From: Gonapodya sp. JEL0774
Lineage: Eukaryota
Direction: 5' to 3'
NCBI GenBank assembly: GCA_027604505.1
Contig: JADIIX010000122.1
Coordinates: 1 to 64,000 of the forward strand
DNA length: 64,000 nucleotides
The notes under the pieces are model-generated. The model made no database searches and was not told the origin of the DNA. It saw nothing but the letters and a program-made list of their open reading frames with translations. Of the stretch, positions 27,743 through 40,333 are shown piece after piece. The position numbers were made by a program, and so were the translations under genes. The stretch's first letter is position 1. Every line of letters begins with the position of its first letter.

Positions 27743-30700
27743 GGTTGTGAGCCTGGGATATCAAAAGATACTCCTTTTGGGATACAGGAACGGACAGTAC
27801 AATCAATTTGGTCCTTTCCCCCCCTACTGTCTTGCAGCAACTTCACCTCGTATCCATATCACTTTCCATCTGTCATGTCAACCACCAACGTCAAATCTAC
27901 CGACCTTTTGAAGGTCCTGAAACTCACAATGCCGATGAACGTTGGAATTGCAGACTATAAACAATGGAAGGGTGAGGTGAAATTCGCGTTGGGGCTCTTT
28001 GAGTTGGCGACCCACGTATTGGGCCACAAATTGTGGGTATTGTGAAAGTGCCATCAGATGCTGGAGTGGCATCAGGCACTGGGGGACTGTCCAGTTCTTG
28101 GGTTGCTGTGGAGCCAGTAATATACAGTACGGCTGACACAACCACACCGAAACTCAACAAGTCTGTCCGACTTGCCCTCCTCATGACCACCGACATCTTG
28201 ATTTGTGACAGGACGGACACTGGTGTGTGGAGCTGTGGAAGTGGATGAAGAAAACATATGGTCGGGAGTGTAGTGGCAAAACAAAACGCCATGATGAATG
28301 GCAAGGTGTCTTGGCGACAGGAAAGACCACCAACGAGTACGATAATGAGTTTCAGAAGAAATACAAGGAATACAAGGTGATGGGCAGGGAACCGGATGCC
28401 AGAACAGTCACCCTCGTATATCTGGATGGCATCCATGACGCGTACCTCCCTGTCTACAACAAGTACGCGTTTGACAACACAATTGACCTCAACAAAGTGA
28501 AAACCGCAATGCACATCCGTGAAACAAAGGTCACGGCAGATGCCTCAGCCAATTTTGCCTCGAAAACGAAAACAAGACCTCCCACCTCCTCTCAGCAACC
28601 TCGTGTGGTCATCCCGAACACAAGTCAAATGAATGCCCCAAGAAGTCTGCAAGGAAGCACGTGAAACCAAGTGTGAACGCGGTGGAAACAGGCTGGAAAA
28701 GCACAAATGGAACCAAAAGAAGATGGATAGAAGTGCTGGCAAACACTAACGTTGTATTTGAATACCCGAATACAGATAATACCAACTACCCATGTGCAAT
28801 GAATGTTCAGAATGAAGAGCTGGAACAAAAGTCAGTGGTAAGTGCTCTGCCAGTACACTCCTCAGCAACTCCCAGCTTGGGAGGGGGGCGGGAGTGTGCT
28901 GAAGCAGTGCACCTTTTGTCTCCCATGGAGGCTGCTCATACTGCCCCACCTGAGCGAGGTGAAATGAAGATATGTTATCAACCAAATACTGCTCCTAATC
29001 CTGAGAACAATATTAATGAACTTTCTGTGTTCAGTTTCAACACACTCGGTGACAATAAATTTTCATCTCAGTCTCTGAATGTACAAGTTCTTGTCGATAC
29101 AGCAGCTTCGCACTCTATATGCCGGAGTCAGGATTTTCTTACAAATTTCAAATAGGAACATATTGGAATTGGTCTCGCAGATGTTGATACCATGTCCATT
29201 GCAGAGGGACGTGGCACTCTTACAGTTTTACTTCACGGATCGAGATCCATGACTTCATGCACAATTCCTGGTGTGCATTACAATCCAGGAGATCGTTTTG
29301 TTTTATTATCTGGGGGCAGCTTACAGAATGCCAAAAGCCATATAGGCTCCAGCAAATTCGAATATTCTTGAATTACGTAACTCTTCAGGTAAAGTTATAT
29401 GTCGTGGATCCCGAGTTGGTCTCAGTCTGTATCAAAAACCCATTTCAGTTGAACGTACCAAAACAGATAGTCCACAAGCATTTTTGTCGCACAAACTGCA
29501 TTTGGATCTTGTTTTGAACCACTTACGCCTCGGCCATTTGAAGTATCAGGACTTACGTCAATTAGCAAAATCTGGACATATCTCTATCTCAGACCTGGCT
29601 TCTCAATTGCATTTTGAGTGTTTGGGTTGTGATTTAGGAAAGGCACATGTGAAACCTAATACTTGTCCACAGAGACAACGTGCCACTCAACCAGGTGAAT
29701 GTCTACATGCTGACGTCTGGGGTCCCGTTCCTCAGGGTTTTGCAGCAATTGGTGGAGTACAGTACTTCCTGAAGGTTAAAGATGATGCAACATCGTATGG
29801 ATGGGTCAGAGGGATGTTCAAAAGCACAGACATCTCACCTTCTTTGCAAATTGGTTTTTGGATGTAAGCTATTGTCAAGAGCAAGGGTGATTGACAAAAC
29901 AAATTACAGGCACAAGCTGATGTGGATTCTACAGTCTACAAATTTTGGGACCCTAAAACACGTACTATTTGACGCTTACGTGATGTTAAATTTCGTGAAG
30001 ATGCCTTTATCTGCTAGCAGTATTTACCTCATTCAGGCCACTCTTTGAGGCTAGATGACGAGGAAGACAAATTCCCTCGTGTCAAAGATTTTGATGTTTC
30101 CAAACATGCTGAGGTATCCTCATTACCGTCTATTCAATGTGTTGCAGATGATGATAGTGACGATGAGGATGATCCTCCCCCCAGACGGATTAGTAGAAGT
30201 ATGAGTGGACCTCAAGCTCCCCCACCCCCCAGTAAACCAAAACCTACTTCTGGTATTGATCGTGAACCAACAGATACACCTACCAAAATAGGAGCTCTTG
30301 ACAAGGGAAAACACCCTGTTTTCCATTTAAATGGTGGTACTCTACCTCCTTTTTCACCACCTGCACTGGCTCAGATTGTCCATCCTGTTATTAGTCACGC
30401 AAACAAAGAGCATCACATCTGGTGGACCCATTATCAGAGTTCAACCTTCCCGCAATGTTAAAACTGATGCACCTGTTGTTGCAATTAAGCCCGCTAAACC
30501 TGTTACATCAAGTGTTCCTGTTGTCAAGATCGAGCAGGTTTCCTCTGCTCCACCACCCCGCAAGGGAACCTCTGAAATAGTTGTTGGGATTCCCTCTCCT
30601 CCCACAGGTTTTACATCTTGTTTACCGCACCCTGCTAATGTGCGTGTTACTGCACCCCCACCAACTGTTGGTACTTCTCAGAGCACAACAGCTGCACCAC

Positions 30701-32503
30701 ATGTGACAGTTAATGACATTCCTACAGATATTCCTCCCTAGGGGAGCGCACTTGACGATATTGTGGTTCAGGGGGAGAGATCAAATATTTCAGATGATAT
30801 TGTGATTCCAGATGGTGACAGTCATGTTGAACAGGGGAAGAGATTGCAGAATTCTGATGTTGATGCAAATCCAAAAGTTAAGTCACCAGATTTTACGATG
30901 GATGATGAAGAGGAGTTGACAGACTTTCAGAGAGAAGTTTTGGAACAGAGTCCGGATAACCTTGAAGATCCATTCTACAATCTGCCACCCTACATTAATG
31001 TTGCGGATAATCATGAATGGGTTTTACTGCAGGCTCAAGACAGGGTTCCTACTCCAAACCATTATAAAGAGGCAATTATTTTGGAACATAAAGAGTATTG
31101 GCATTGTGCGATGCGGAATGAATTTGACCAGTTGAATGAGTTTGGTACTTGGACTCTTGCTCCTATTGAATCGGTTACGAAGGGTCACCCAATCTTGACT
31201 GCCAAAAGGGTCTTTGCAGCGAAAGATTTAGACAATGACAATGTTCGTTCAAAGCGTGTTGGTGCGCACGCAGATTCACACAACAAATGAGACTGATTAT
31301 AATCAAACTTTCGTTGCTACGATGAATGTCAAGTCTTGGAAGATTCTTTTAGCTCTGGCAGCACAAGATGGTTTAGCAATTCTACAGTTTGACATTGGCA
31401 ATGCATTTTTGAATAGAGATTTGGTTGAAAGCATTTATATGGAACAACCACATGGATATAGCAAACCTGGTTATGCTTGCAAACTGCGCAAATCTTTATA
31501 TGGATTGACACAGGCTGCAAATGTTTTGCAAGAATTGTTCATTGGGACTTTGAAGGACATGGGATTTAAACAACTGGTTTGTGAAAATACTCTATTTGTT
31601 CATACTCCTGATAATCCCGAAGACCGCATGATATGTGGCACACATGGCTTTCTCTGTTTGCAAATTTTATGAGATTTGGTTACTCATACAATCACATACT
31701 ATAGTGATTGTCGTGCTCTGTCCCCACAAATTCTAATTCCTTTCACACGAACGTTCACGTCCAGATTATTGTATGGTGACAACTGGTTGAAGTCTGTTGT
31801 GTTTCATTGGGAGCAAGTATTTTGATCCCACGGCATGATCTCCTGAAATCACAACCCAGAGGTTTCAGTATTCTGGTGCATATGCATGAACAAATGAGCA
31901 CGACCACTCACATTGCGGGATCAACCACAGCAAAGACGCCGATCCTCCTTCTTTCACCAACCACAGCACAATGGAACTCGGGGAACTCTTGGAGCCAGGC
32001 GAATTGATTGACGAAGTGCTGCCCTCAGAGGTGTTCGCGATCACCATTAATAATGAACAGAAGATTATGGCTCTCTTGGGAGAATTTGGACTGTTGGATT
32101 TTGTTCCCACGTCCACCCCTGCCCTACAGGGTGCTTTATTATCTTGTGCAAATTGCCCCCAGACTTAGGTTGAATGTGTTGGTGTTGACGCTGAACTTTA
32201 CCGACATGGAGTTGGTGCTTTGAATTACATTGTTATCACAAGTCGTCCTGATTGTGCACAGCCAACCGTGTTTTAACTGAAACTCTACATAAAAAATCCT
32301 AGTCGCAAAAATTATGATGCTTTCACCTATTGTGGTACTTGAAGGGTACTTTACATCGTGGGACTACCTACCTTGGAAAAAGTGCTCCTCACAGAAGCAA
32401 AACCCGTACAGATCTTTATGGCTATTATGATGCTTTGCATGCTTCAGACAAATTCGATTTGAAATCTCAACAAGGTTATGTGTTTATGTTGTCAGGGGGA
32501 GCA
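27638..32503 (+). mobile_element. Ty1/Copia LTR retrotransposon, degenerate, 3' end truncated
   Basis: Copia order: LTR, PBS, gag, protease VLVDTAASHSIC (~29,090), HLRLGH...CLGCDLGK, integrase LHADVWGP (core deleted), RT WHCAMRNEFDQLNEFGTWTL / QFDIGNAFLN..IYMEQPHGY / KLRKSLYGLTQA, then TSRPD, YLKGT and RNase H LYGYYDA...GYVFMLSGGA. Multiple stops and frameshifts. Confidence 0.92.
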
Positions 32504-32599
32504 AAGTGGTTAAGTCGTATTTCGGGACACCTCGGAAGGTTTACACAACATCATATATCTAATGAACTAAAGATACCGTGAGGGCAATCAAAGGGGCAG

Positions 32600-34210
32600 G
32601 TAAGCCTGCATGAAGTAATAGTGGTGGTAGAAGATAGGGGTTATGCAACTGGCGGTACTAGGATAGAGGGTGTACAAGTAGTAGTGTGCCTGTCGCTTGA
32701 AGAAAAACACACTTGTAACGTAGAAAAAACCTTGGACACTATTATATTTTAGTAGTGACACAAGCACTGGTGGGAGGCCAATACATCCCAATGGCCCGCA
32801 GTGAAAGGCACGTAGGCCATACAGCCCCTAAGATTGCCCTGATGGGTGCCTTTGGGGTGGAGGGGTAGGTTGACAATCATGTGTGAGTTGTTGGTGTGGA
32901 AGATGTAGGAGGAGAGTGGGTCAAGGGATGTGTGGTGTGGTGGTCGGTTGGCTGATTCTGGAGACAGCTGGGTCAGTGTAGTTTGGGAGGTCTTTGGTGA
33001 GTTTGTGGGCTATGGAGGCAATATGTCCAAGGTTGCTGGCAAGTTGATTAGGGGATGTGCGCTACCCATAATTACGAGTAAAAAATTACAAGTAGCACTT
33101 TGCCATAAATTACAAGTACAGACATGTGTGTGCTTCTCGTAATTATGAGTAGACCATTATCCGCGAATCATTATGAATATGAACCCATCCATGCAATACC
33201 TGGCCAAAAATTTGTCAGATGAAGATGAAGCAGCTTAGGGTAATATAACCCGCCCCTTGTCCCCATCCACGTGTTCCTCTTCCTCATACTTGCAATCCCC
33301 CCCTTTCACCTCCACGGCCATGACTCCGGCCCCTCCCACGCGCCAACGCCCTGTTAGACTGTCCAGCATTGCCTGGGACTCCAAGAATTGCACCGGCAAG
33401 GTCTGGGGGGGCTTGTAAGTTGCCGGACATGCTGCATAATTTGACACACCATCAGGGGAGAATCCAGCGCCAGCGGTTGCGGAAAAAGATTGAAATGTAA
33501 CTTATGGTATCTTGGAAGTTCTGAGATGTGATGGTATGGCAGGATTGCTCTCGGTGAGCTGAGAAAATATGTATACGGGTAGCAGTTTTCTACTTGTTAT
33601 TTTGAGATTCAGTTTTTACGAGTAAGTCATACAAAATATTGCACCCGTAATGTGCTACCCGTAATTGACTTGTAGCGCACATGCCCTATTGTTGCCTCTG
33701 TGCGAGAGTATGGAGGATGGTGGTTGGGAAATCTTAAGTGCGGTGGTGAATGGTCGTGTGTGAAGTCAGAGTCTGGCGCGGGCTTCCACAAGGGCAAGGT
33801 GGGTGCAGTTTAGGTATGTGTGTTTGGGTGTTTCTACAGAGCCAGGTGTGAGGCAGAGTCTGCAGTACTGTTGATCGCGGGGTGTGTGGGGCGTAGATTG
33901 TCTGCCCATAACGAGGCCTAGTGTGTCTGCACCAAGCACTGTTCGGGTGAGTCGTTCCAAGTGATGGGTAGATTTGAGGCCGAACATAGGTAGTGAGATG
34001 GGGTTGTTCAAAGGGGGTTTGGTGGAGGTGAGGGTGGTGGCCATGGTGTTGGGTAGTGAATAAGTGGTCTGTCTGTATTGGGTTTGGTCAAGTGTGGCTT
34101 TGAGGAGAGTGTTTCTCCAGGTGGTTGACAGTGGATTTTAGGGGGTCGTTGGTGACGGAGTTATCATTGTATAGTTTGGTCAGGATGGTGGGCTGCCAAG
34201 ACCCTGCCGT
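32600..34210 (-). mobile_element. Degraded LINE 3' remnant, copy 2 (interrupted by a MITE)
   Basis: ORF 33766-34044 PRDQQYCRLCLTPGSVETPKHTYLNC is a C-terminal CCHC zinc knuckle of non-LTR ORF2. Homologous to copy 1. Boundaries approximate. Confidence 0.7.
33050..33687. mobile_element. PIF/Harbinger-type non-autonomous element (638 bp)
   Basis: 16-bp TIRs AGGGGATGTGCGCTAC / AGGGCATGTGCGCTAC (1 mismatch) and 3-bp TSD ATT at 33047-33049 and 33688-33690. Removing it restores colinearity with LINE copy 1. Confidence 0.85.
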
Positions 34211-34621
34211 CCAGCTCAGTTTTAAGGTAACGGCTCTTCTATGACCTTGAGGAGGTCCATCAGTTTGAATTCCCCAGTCATACCTTCAGTGGAATTGCGT
34301 TGTGGCAGTGAAGGTTGGAGACTCCACACGTTTCTCCAGGCAGCTGACTGTCCACTGATCTCAATTTTGAGACCATAAGAATTGTCCCAGGCTCTTACCC
34401 AGTTGGAATCCACGCTCTCTTGTGTTATGTGCAACACAGTATATTGCAGATGGTCCCACTCATCTATGATGGCAGGCTTATATAGTTTATCCACTAAACA
34501 TACAATTAATGTATACAGTGTCCATACACCAACAGGTCATGCAGATAAGTTGGGATTGTGATGGGAGAAAGTGTTGGATTTGTCACAGGCAAAGGCATCC
34601 CAGACAGAAACAACACTATAA

Positions 34622-35496
34622 GGGCGTGTACGGCACCTGTAGTTTTAAAAAGTAATTATTTGTGAAGTATTTGTTAATGGGAGTGCGTGTATGAGTTCGT
34701 CATAAATTACTTGTTTTTGGTCAAGCAAGTGCCCAACACGCCGCCCATAATCCCTTGAGGAACCCCGCATCTCCCACATTGCAGATTGGCATCATGGCAA
34801 AAATACAGACGTGGAATCAAACGATCAGGTGGAACGCAGGACTCAGATGGTCGCAGCAACTGGTGCGGCCTTTATCGTGGTCGTCGCTGCTGCCGACTGT
34901 TTTTTGATTCCCCATCCTCGCCAAGTCCCGTGCCCAATGACTAATAGTGCGCTTCAGGGCAAGGCCTGGACTCAGGAAATTCTGCGTGGCCATGATGAGA
35001 TGGTCCTGGACAATAGAGGATGCAGCGTACGGTCTTCCTAGACCTCTGCCGGGAGATTCGCTTGCGACGGGAACTGATTGACGCAGCGGAGGTCAGGGTA
35101 GAGCAGCAGATGGCAATGCTGATGATGTATTTGGGACAAGGAGTCTCTGTGCAGGCTCTGAGGACCCAATTCCAATACTCTGTCTAATCCTATCCTGGCA
35201 CTTCTACTGGACGCTCTCCTCAGATTCCTCTGCATACTTCTCCTTCTCCTTCCCAGTTTTGCGTCATTTGGGGTCCAGTGGGTGGGGGAAGTTGCTGTGA
35301 ATTTCAGGATTACGAGTTTTGGACAGTCAAAAACTAGCCCTGAGTGTGATTATTTTCGTAGCAGGCAACAACTAGTTTTTGGTTTGTGCAAATACGAGTG
35401 CCAAACACTCGCACATAATCCAGAATTGTGTGAAAACTATTTTTCAGTGCACATAACTACTTATTGTGCAAAATTATGTGCCAGCCGTACACGCCC
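34622..35496 (+). mobile_element. PIF/Harbinger internally deleted element (875 bp)
   Basis: Perfect 13-bp TIRs GGGCGTGTACGGC and TSD TAA at 34619-34621 and 35497-35499. Internal PMTNSALQGKAWTQEILRGH resembles the N-terminus of plant/fungal Harbinger transposases. Confidence 0.88.
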
Positions 35497-36084
35497 TAAG
35501 ACCAGTGCAAATGCGAACAAGGCACCCCAGATCGCAATAGCATGTGCAGATTTAGGAATTTTCAATCACTCTCATCAGAAAGTAGTGGGCCTACAATTCA
35601 AGCCATTGGCAGAACAGAGTTGGAGCTGCAGATGTTTACAGCAAAGTACTGACAAACAGTGGCTGAGCTATCATTTGGTGAAAAATGTCACTCCTCACTG
35701 GAACCTAAAGTCTGAACCAGTCTGAGGACTCAAGTTGCTGCTTGCCAAGGAGTTCCAGACACCAGTCCTCTAAGAGTTCCTATATTGTGCTACTGCTCCC
35801 GAGGCAATGAAGGACAGTGTGCTGAGAACTGCAAAAAGTGGCAATGCCGGATGGAAATGGATGGAAGCAGAAGCATTGCAGAGAAAGTGTCGCAAACCAG
35901 GAGCAAGGCCCTGAGTGAAGTGAGACCAAAACAAGTAGTGTGATTAACAGGGAATATACTGCATACAAAAAAATACTGATAACAAAAATGCTGGCTATCA
36001 AGGATCAACCTCCCTTGTGTTACAGTTCCCCCACTGATTCCACAATGGAATTCTAATGAATGTTTGACTTTCAATTATCAAGGA

Positions 36085-39000
36085 TCAGAAGTCAAACTGG
36101 GCTACAATTTCCTGTACTACCACTGATGGATCCTCCACTTGGAGTCTCTTGATAACGGGTTGCAAATCTGCAAATGTCACTAATCCTTTATTTGCATCAT
36201 ATATGACAAGAAGAACCTTCAGCAATGTCACCCTGACTATTGCTTTGGAGTCATTTAACCTGGGGATCAGCACAGAAAGAATTTGAGACTTTGCAAGATT
36301 CTGATTAACTAGTGTTGAGGCTTGTAACATCTTGTATAATGGACCAAGTATATTTTCAAAGTTTTGAGGCTGTGCATCAATGAGAGCTCTGACAAGTTGA
36401 TCAATTGAAGTGGGCTCTGCGAGAAAATTTTCAACAATTGTTGTTTCCTCCAGCAGCCTTTGATGCAGAATGAAGGAAGGGTAAATCTGGGTATCAATTG
36501 GATTGTACTTAGTCATATTTACCACGATACAATAGCTTCCAAAGCATTGATCTGCCAATATGCATCTTTCAACAAGCCAAGGTAAACGTGAAGTCCATCA
36601 TTATCCCATAATGCTTGCCTGCAGACCTTGCCAGCATGTGACAGATCACAGAGAATGGGAAGTGCAAATTGTTTCAATGGGCTGTTGATTTGAATAGTGT
36701 ATATCAAGTAAGGAATTATGCCAGCCCTTGCAGCAATCTCTTGTCGGCCCTTATCAATCCTGCAAAGATTAAAGAGGGTGTGCAAAATCTGATTGTACAT
36801 TTCCTGGGTGGTTAACAAGTGAATGAACCAGTGTTATACTGAGCTTGCAGTTTTAAGAGGAGATATGTGAGACACACAGTGACATATGGACCTTCTTTGT
36901 TGTCCAGGAAATGCAAAAGTTGAGGTATAATACCAGCACGGTGGAGTGCACTCAAAGAATAAGAGTTCATTGAAACATTCTTTAGAGCTTTGAGCATTGA
37001 CACACACAATGGTGGTGCCAGATGCTCCATTTCATTGATGATGCCTAGAAATATATGAGGGTTGAGAATGAAACGTAGCAAACAAGGCTCAAACAGCTGA
37101 TCTGGGGTTCAATCACATTTAAGCATTACATCATGAGCAAATGCTTCCTTGACATGATTGTCTGCCTGGGAAAACACCAGGAAAATGTTCACAATTCTCA
37201 AAACATACTGGCCTGCTTCAGGATCTTTATCTGAATTGAGCTCCTGAAAAGCTCTTGCAAGCTTCTTCAATAGTCCAAATCTTGTGAAAATGTGACAGAA
37301 ATCATTTTTTGGTGTTGTACTCTTCTCACAAAAGTTTTAAGCAACAATCAAAGTAATAACCAAAACCTGCACCCACTTGTAACTCCATCACACTTGCAAT
37401 GATGTCAATGGCAATCCACACAATCTCACGACAATCAGAATAACAGCTGTTTAGCATGTCAACAAGAACTGACAAACCTCCACAAGAAATGAACAATTGT
37501 AGTGCCAAAGGAGTGGCTATGCAGATCTGCTGAACAAATCGTGCACCAACTAATCTTGTTTGCACATCATGACTCCTTTGGGTCAGGGATAGGACAACTG
37601 GTAAACCACCAAGTAGGCACAAATGTTCGCCAACCTCAACTTCAACAATCTTTTGGTGGTGCCACATGAGAGTAAGCCAGTTCTCCCTTTTTCAATGCAT
37701 CCATTCACCTGCATTAACAGTTCAGCAAATGATCTCTTAACATGATTGAAAGGGCAAAATTTTAACAGGTCCACTAGCTTCATCAGGCAGTGGTGTGATA
37801 TCAGTATCTTCTTCAGTGCAGGCTGTTCCAAGAAAGTTGCTGCCTATTAAGCCATCAAAGTTTCAATCTTAAAATAATGTTCCTGTGAAAGGTGAGACTC
37901 TAACCAAACACTCAGAAGCTGCCAGGAGTTCAATTTCATCATCTAGTGTCTCAAGTGACTCAAAGAGTGCCAGGGTTCTTTCTACTGCATGCACATATTG
38001 ATCTCTTTTGTCATCAGCCTCAAAGTCTTACATGTGGACAATTTTGATCACAATGAAGAGACAACCTTGAAAGCATTCTGGCATCCCACCATTCTCATCA
38101 AAACTCTCATCTAATGCAGCAAATGGATCAACCCCCTCTAAGGACTCATTGTCATCCTGCTGAACACACTGAGTCTGCACTCACACAAATTCAAATGTGA
38201 GCTCACCAGGAACCTTATTGCCCACTCACCACTTCAAATTTGATACCAGAAAGCATGGCTGTTGTAGCATCTGCCAAACAACAGAGATAATCAATGAAGC
38301 GGAGTGTAAGCCAGAAATCTAAATCCAAAACACTACCAAAGGCAGCAGCAAAATCTTCATCCTCCAAGTCCCTAAATTGGGATAACAAGAAGGAGGAGTC
38401 AAGGAATGGTGTATGCACAGTCTCTGTTGAATTCATGGGTGTTGCCATAGTCTGGGTTTGCTAACAAGTAGGCTCAGAAAATACAACAATGATGTTTGCC
38501 AGGTGGGCTGATACTACCTCCAAATTTGCATTTGACTGTAAAGATGATTGGCTGCTGGTATGTCTATCCCTGACATTACTCCTTGGTGCAAGCAGTTCCT
38601 CAAAAATGTCAGCCTCCTCAAAATCATTGTCCCAAATGTCAATGTTGCTTGATTCAAGATCCTTGGTTGTAGAACAAGATAAGTCATCTGTTTTCTGTAC
38701 ATTGCTACCTCCAGTTTTCAAGGGTAACTGTTTTCTTGATTCCACATTTATCTTGTGTCCTGGTGTTGCTGTAGCATCACCTGTGATAACAACATTGGAG
38801 AGCTCATATGGCCAAATTATTGTCAGTCCTCATATTGCATTGAAACATATGCAACTATGTAAAGCATGCACCTGCTTCATACTGCCAGTAATTGACTCCA
38901 AAGTAATCTTGTTTGCATCAGCACTTGATGTGACCTTTTAAAGAAAACACCCATCAGTTACAAAGGACATCATCACATTCTATACCAATATGGTCCACCT

Positions 39001-40191
39001 TTCTTCTGCCATTTGTAATCCAAGGATGCTTGAGTAATTTCCTTGCAGAGACCCTGAGATTACAATCTTTCTGGAAACAGTGCATTAAGAAATCTTTCAA
39101 AGCCTAAACTCAAAAGCTCTCAAAATGCAATCTTCAGCCAAGTCCACAGCAAGAGACTCACCGGTGAGATAGCATCTGGCAAGGGAGGGTGATCATCTTG
39201 CACAATTCTAAACAAAGCACTCATTGGGGAGAGATTATAATATGGTGGTTCCCCATTCAGAAGCTCAATTAAAGTGCAGCCAAGACTCCATATGTCTGAG
39301 GCAGTTGTTGCGCCATTCAATTCAATAACCTCTGGTGCCACTGGAAAGTGTGTGGAAGTAGTGGATAATCATGAAACACAGAGGTAAAGTGAATGTCTTA
39401 CTCCAATAGGGTGAGCCAACTACAGCTTTTTCAGAATCATCAGTAGGTCTAGTTGCAACACCGAAGTCAGCCAATTTTACTTGGCCATCTTTTGTTGTCA
39501 AGATGTTGGCACCTGGTATTGTCACAGAAACCAAAGTTGCCATTTGCTCTGTAGCAAAGATTGCTGTGTAAAGAACTGTACCCTTAATATCACGATGGAT
39601 GACACCCTGTTCATGAAGGTAGCAAAGGCCTTCTAGGACTTGTGCTACATACACTGCAATCAATGTCTCGGGAAACCGTCCAAACTTTTTGCATACACTC
39701 TGTAGGGAGCCATTTTCGCAGAATCTATTGTAGATTCTCGACTTTTGGTTCGTTGAATGAAGTCCGCAGAGGTCTTTCGACTCACTCCATTGCGATGCTC
39801 AGAAACTCATTCGACTTCGTGGAACCCAAGTATTTCACAATATTAGGATGCTTCATTGTGCGATTTGCTTAGGTACTGTTAACAAACATTGGCAAAGCAT
39901 ACAAACGAGTGTCCAGCACCTTGAGTTTCTTGAGCAATTCAATTTCGGTCTGGAAGTTCGACGGACCGCGATGATAAAGTTGTTGTAACCGAAACATATT
40001 CACGCAGTATAGCGCACCATGAGAATATTGATTTCAGAAGCATGAATGTTTGTCACTCGGAGCTGCTTGATTGCGACGACTTCTCCCGATTCGACGTCGA
40101 TCCCACGGTAAACGACGCCGAACGCACCCTTTCCAAGTGCATCCCCCAGCTGATACGAAACGCGCTGATTATTACTTTGCATCACCAACAT
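36085..40191 (-). CDS. sepH: STE11-family SepH/Cdc7(S. pombe)/Cdc15-type cytokinesis kinase with C-terminal ARM repeats
   Basis: [68 protein letters not shown]-terminal [22 protein letters not shown]...[14 protein letters not shown] and [13 protein letters not shown]. Confidence 0.9.
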
Positions 40192-40333
40192 TGCCTCGAG
40201 TTTTGCAAATGGGAATGGAAGAACGAGGGTTCGGTGATTTCGCTGCAGGCTCGGCAGATGGGCTGGCGCTAGCACTTTCAGCAAAATTTCAACAAGCAGT
40301 CGCAAACGAAGCCAGTTACCAAATAACCCCGCA
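40192..40333. promoter_or_regulatory. Putative bidirectional promoter sepH-like / IFT140 within a CpG-rich island
   Basis: Head-to-head start codons at 40191(-) and 40334(+), 142 bp apart. Confidence 0.6.

Noticed and set aside
34222..36060. Short minus-strand ORFs flanking the Harbinger element
   Set aside because: No recognisable domain and no consistent exon chain could be built.
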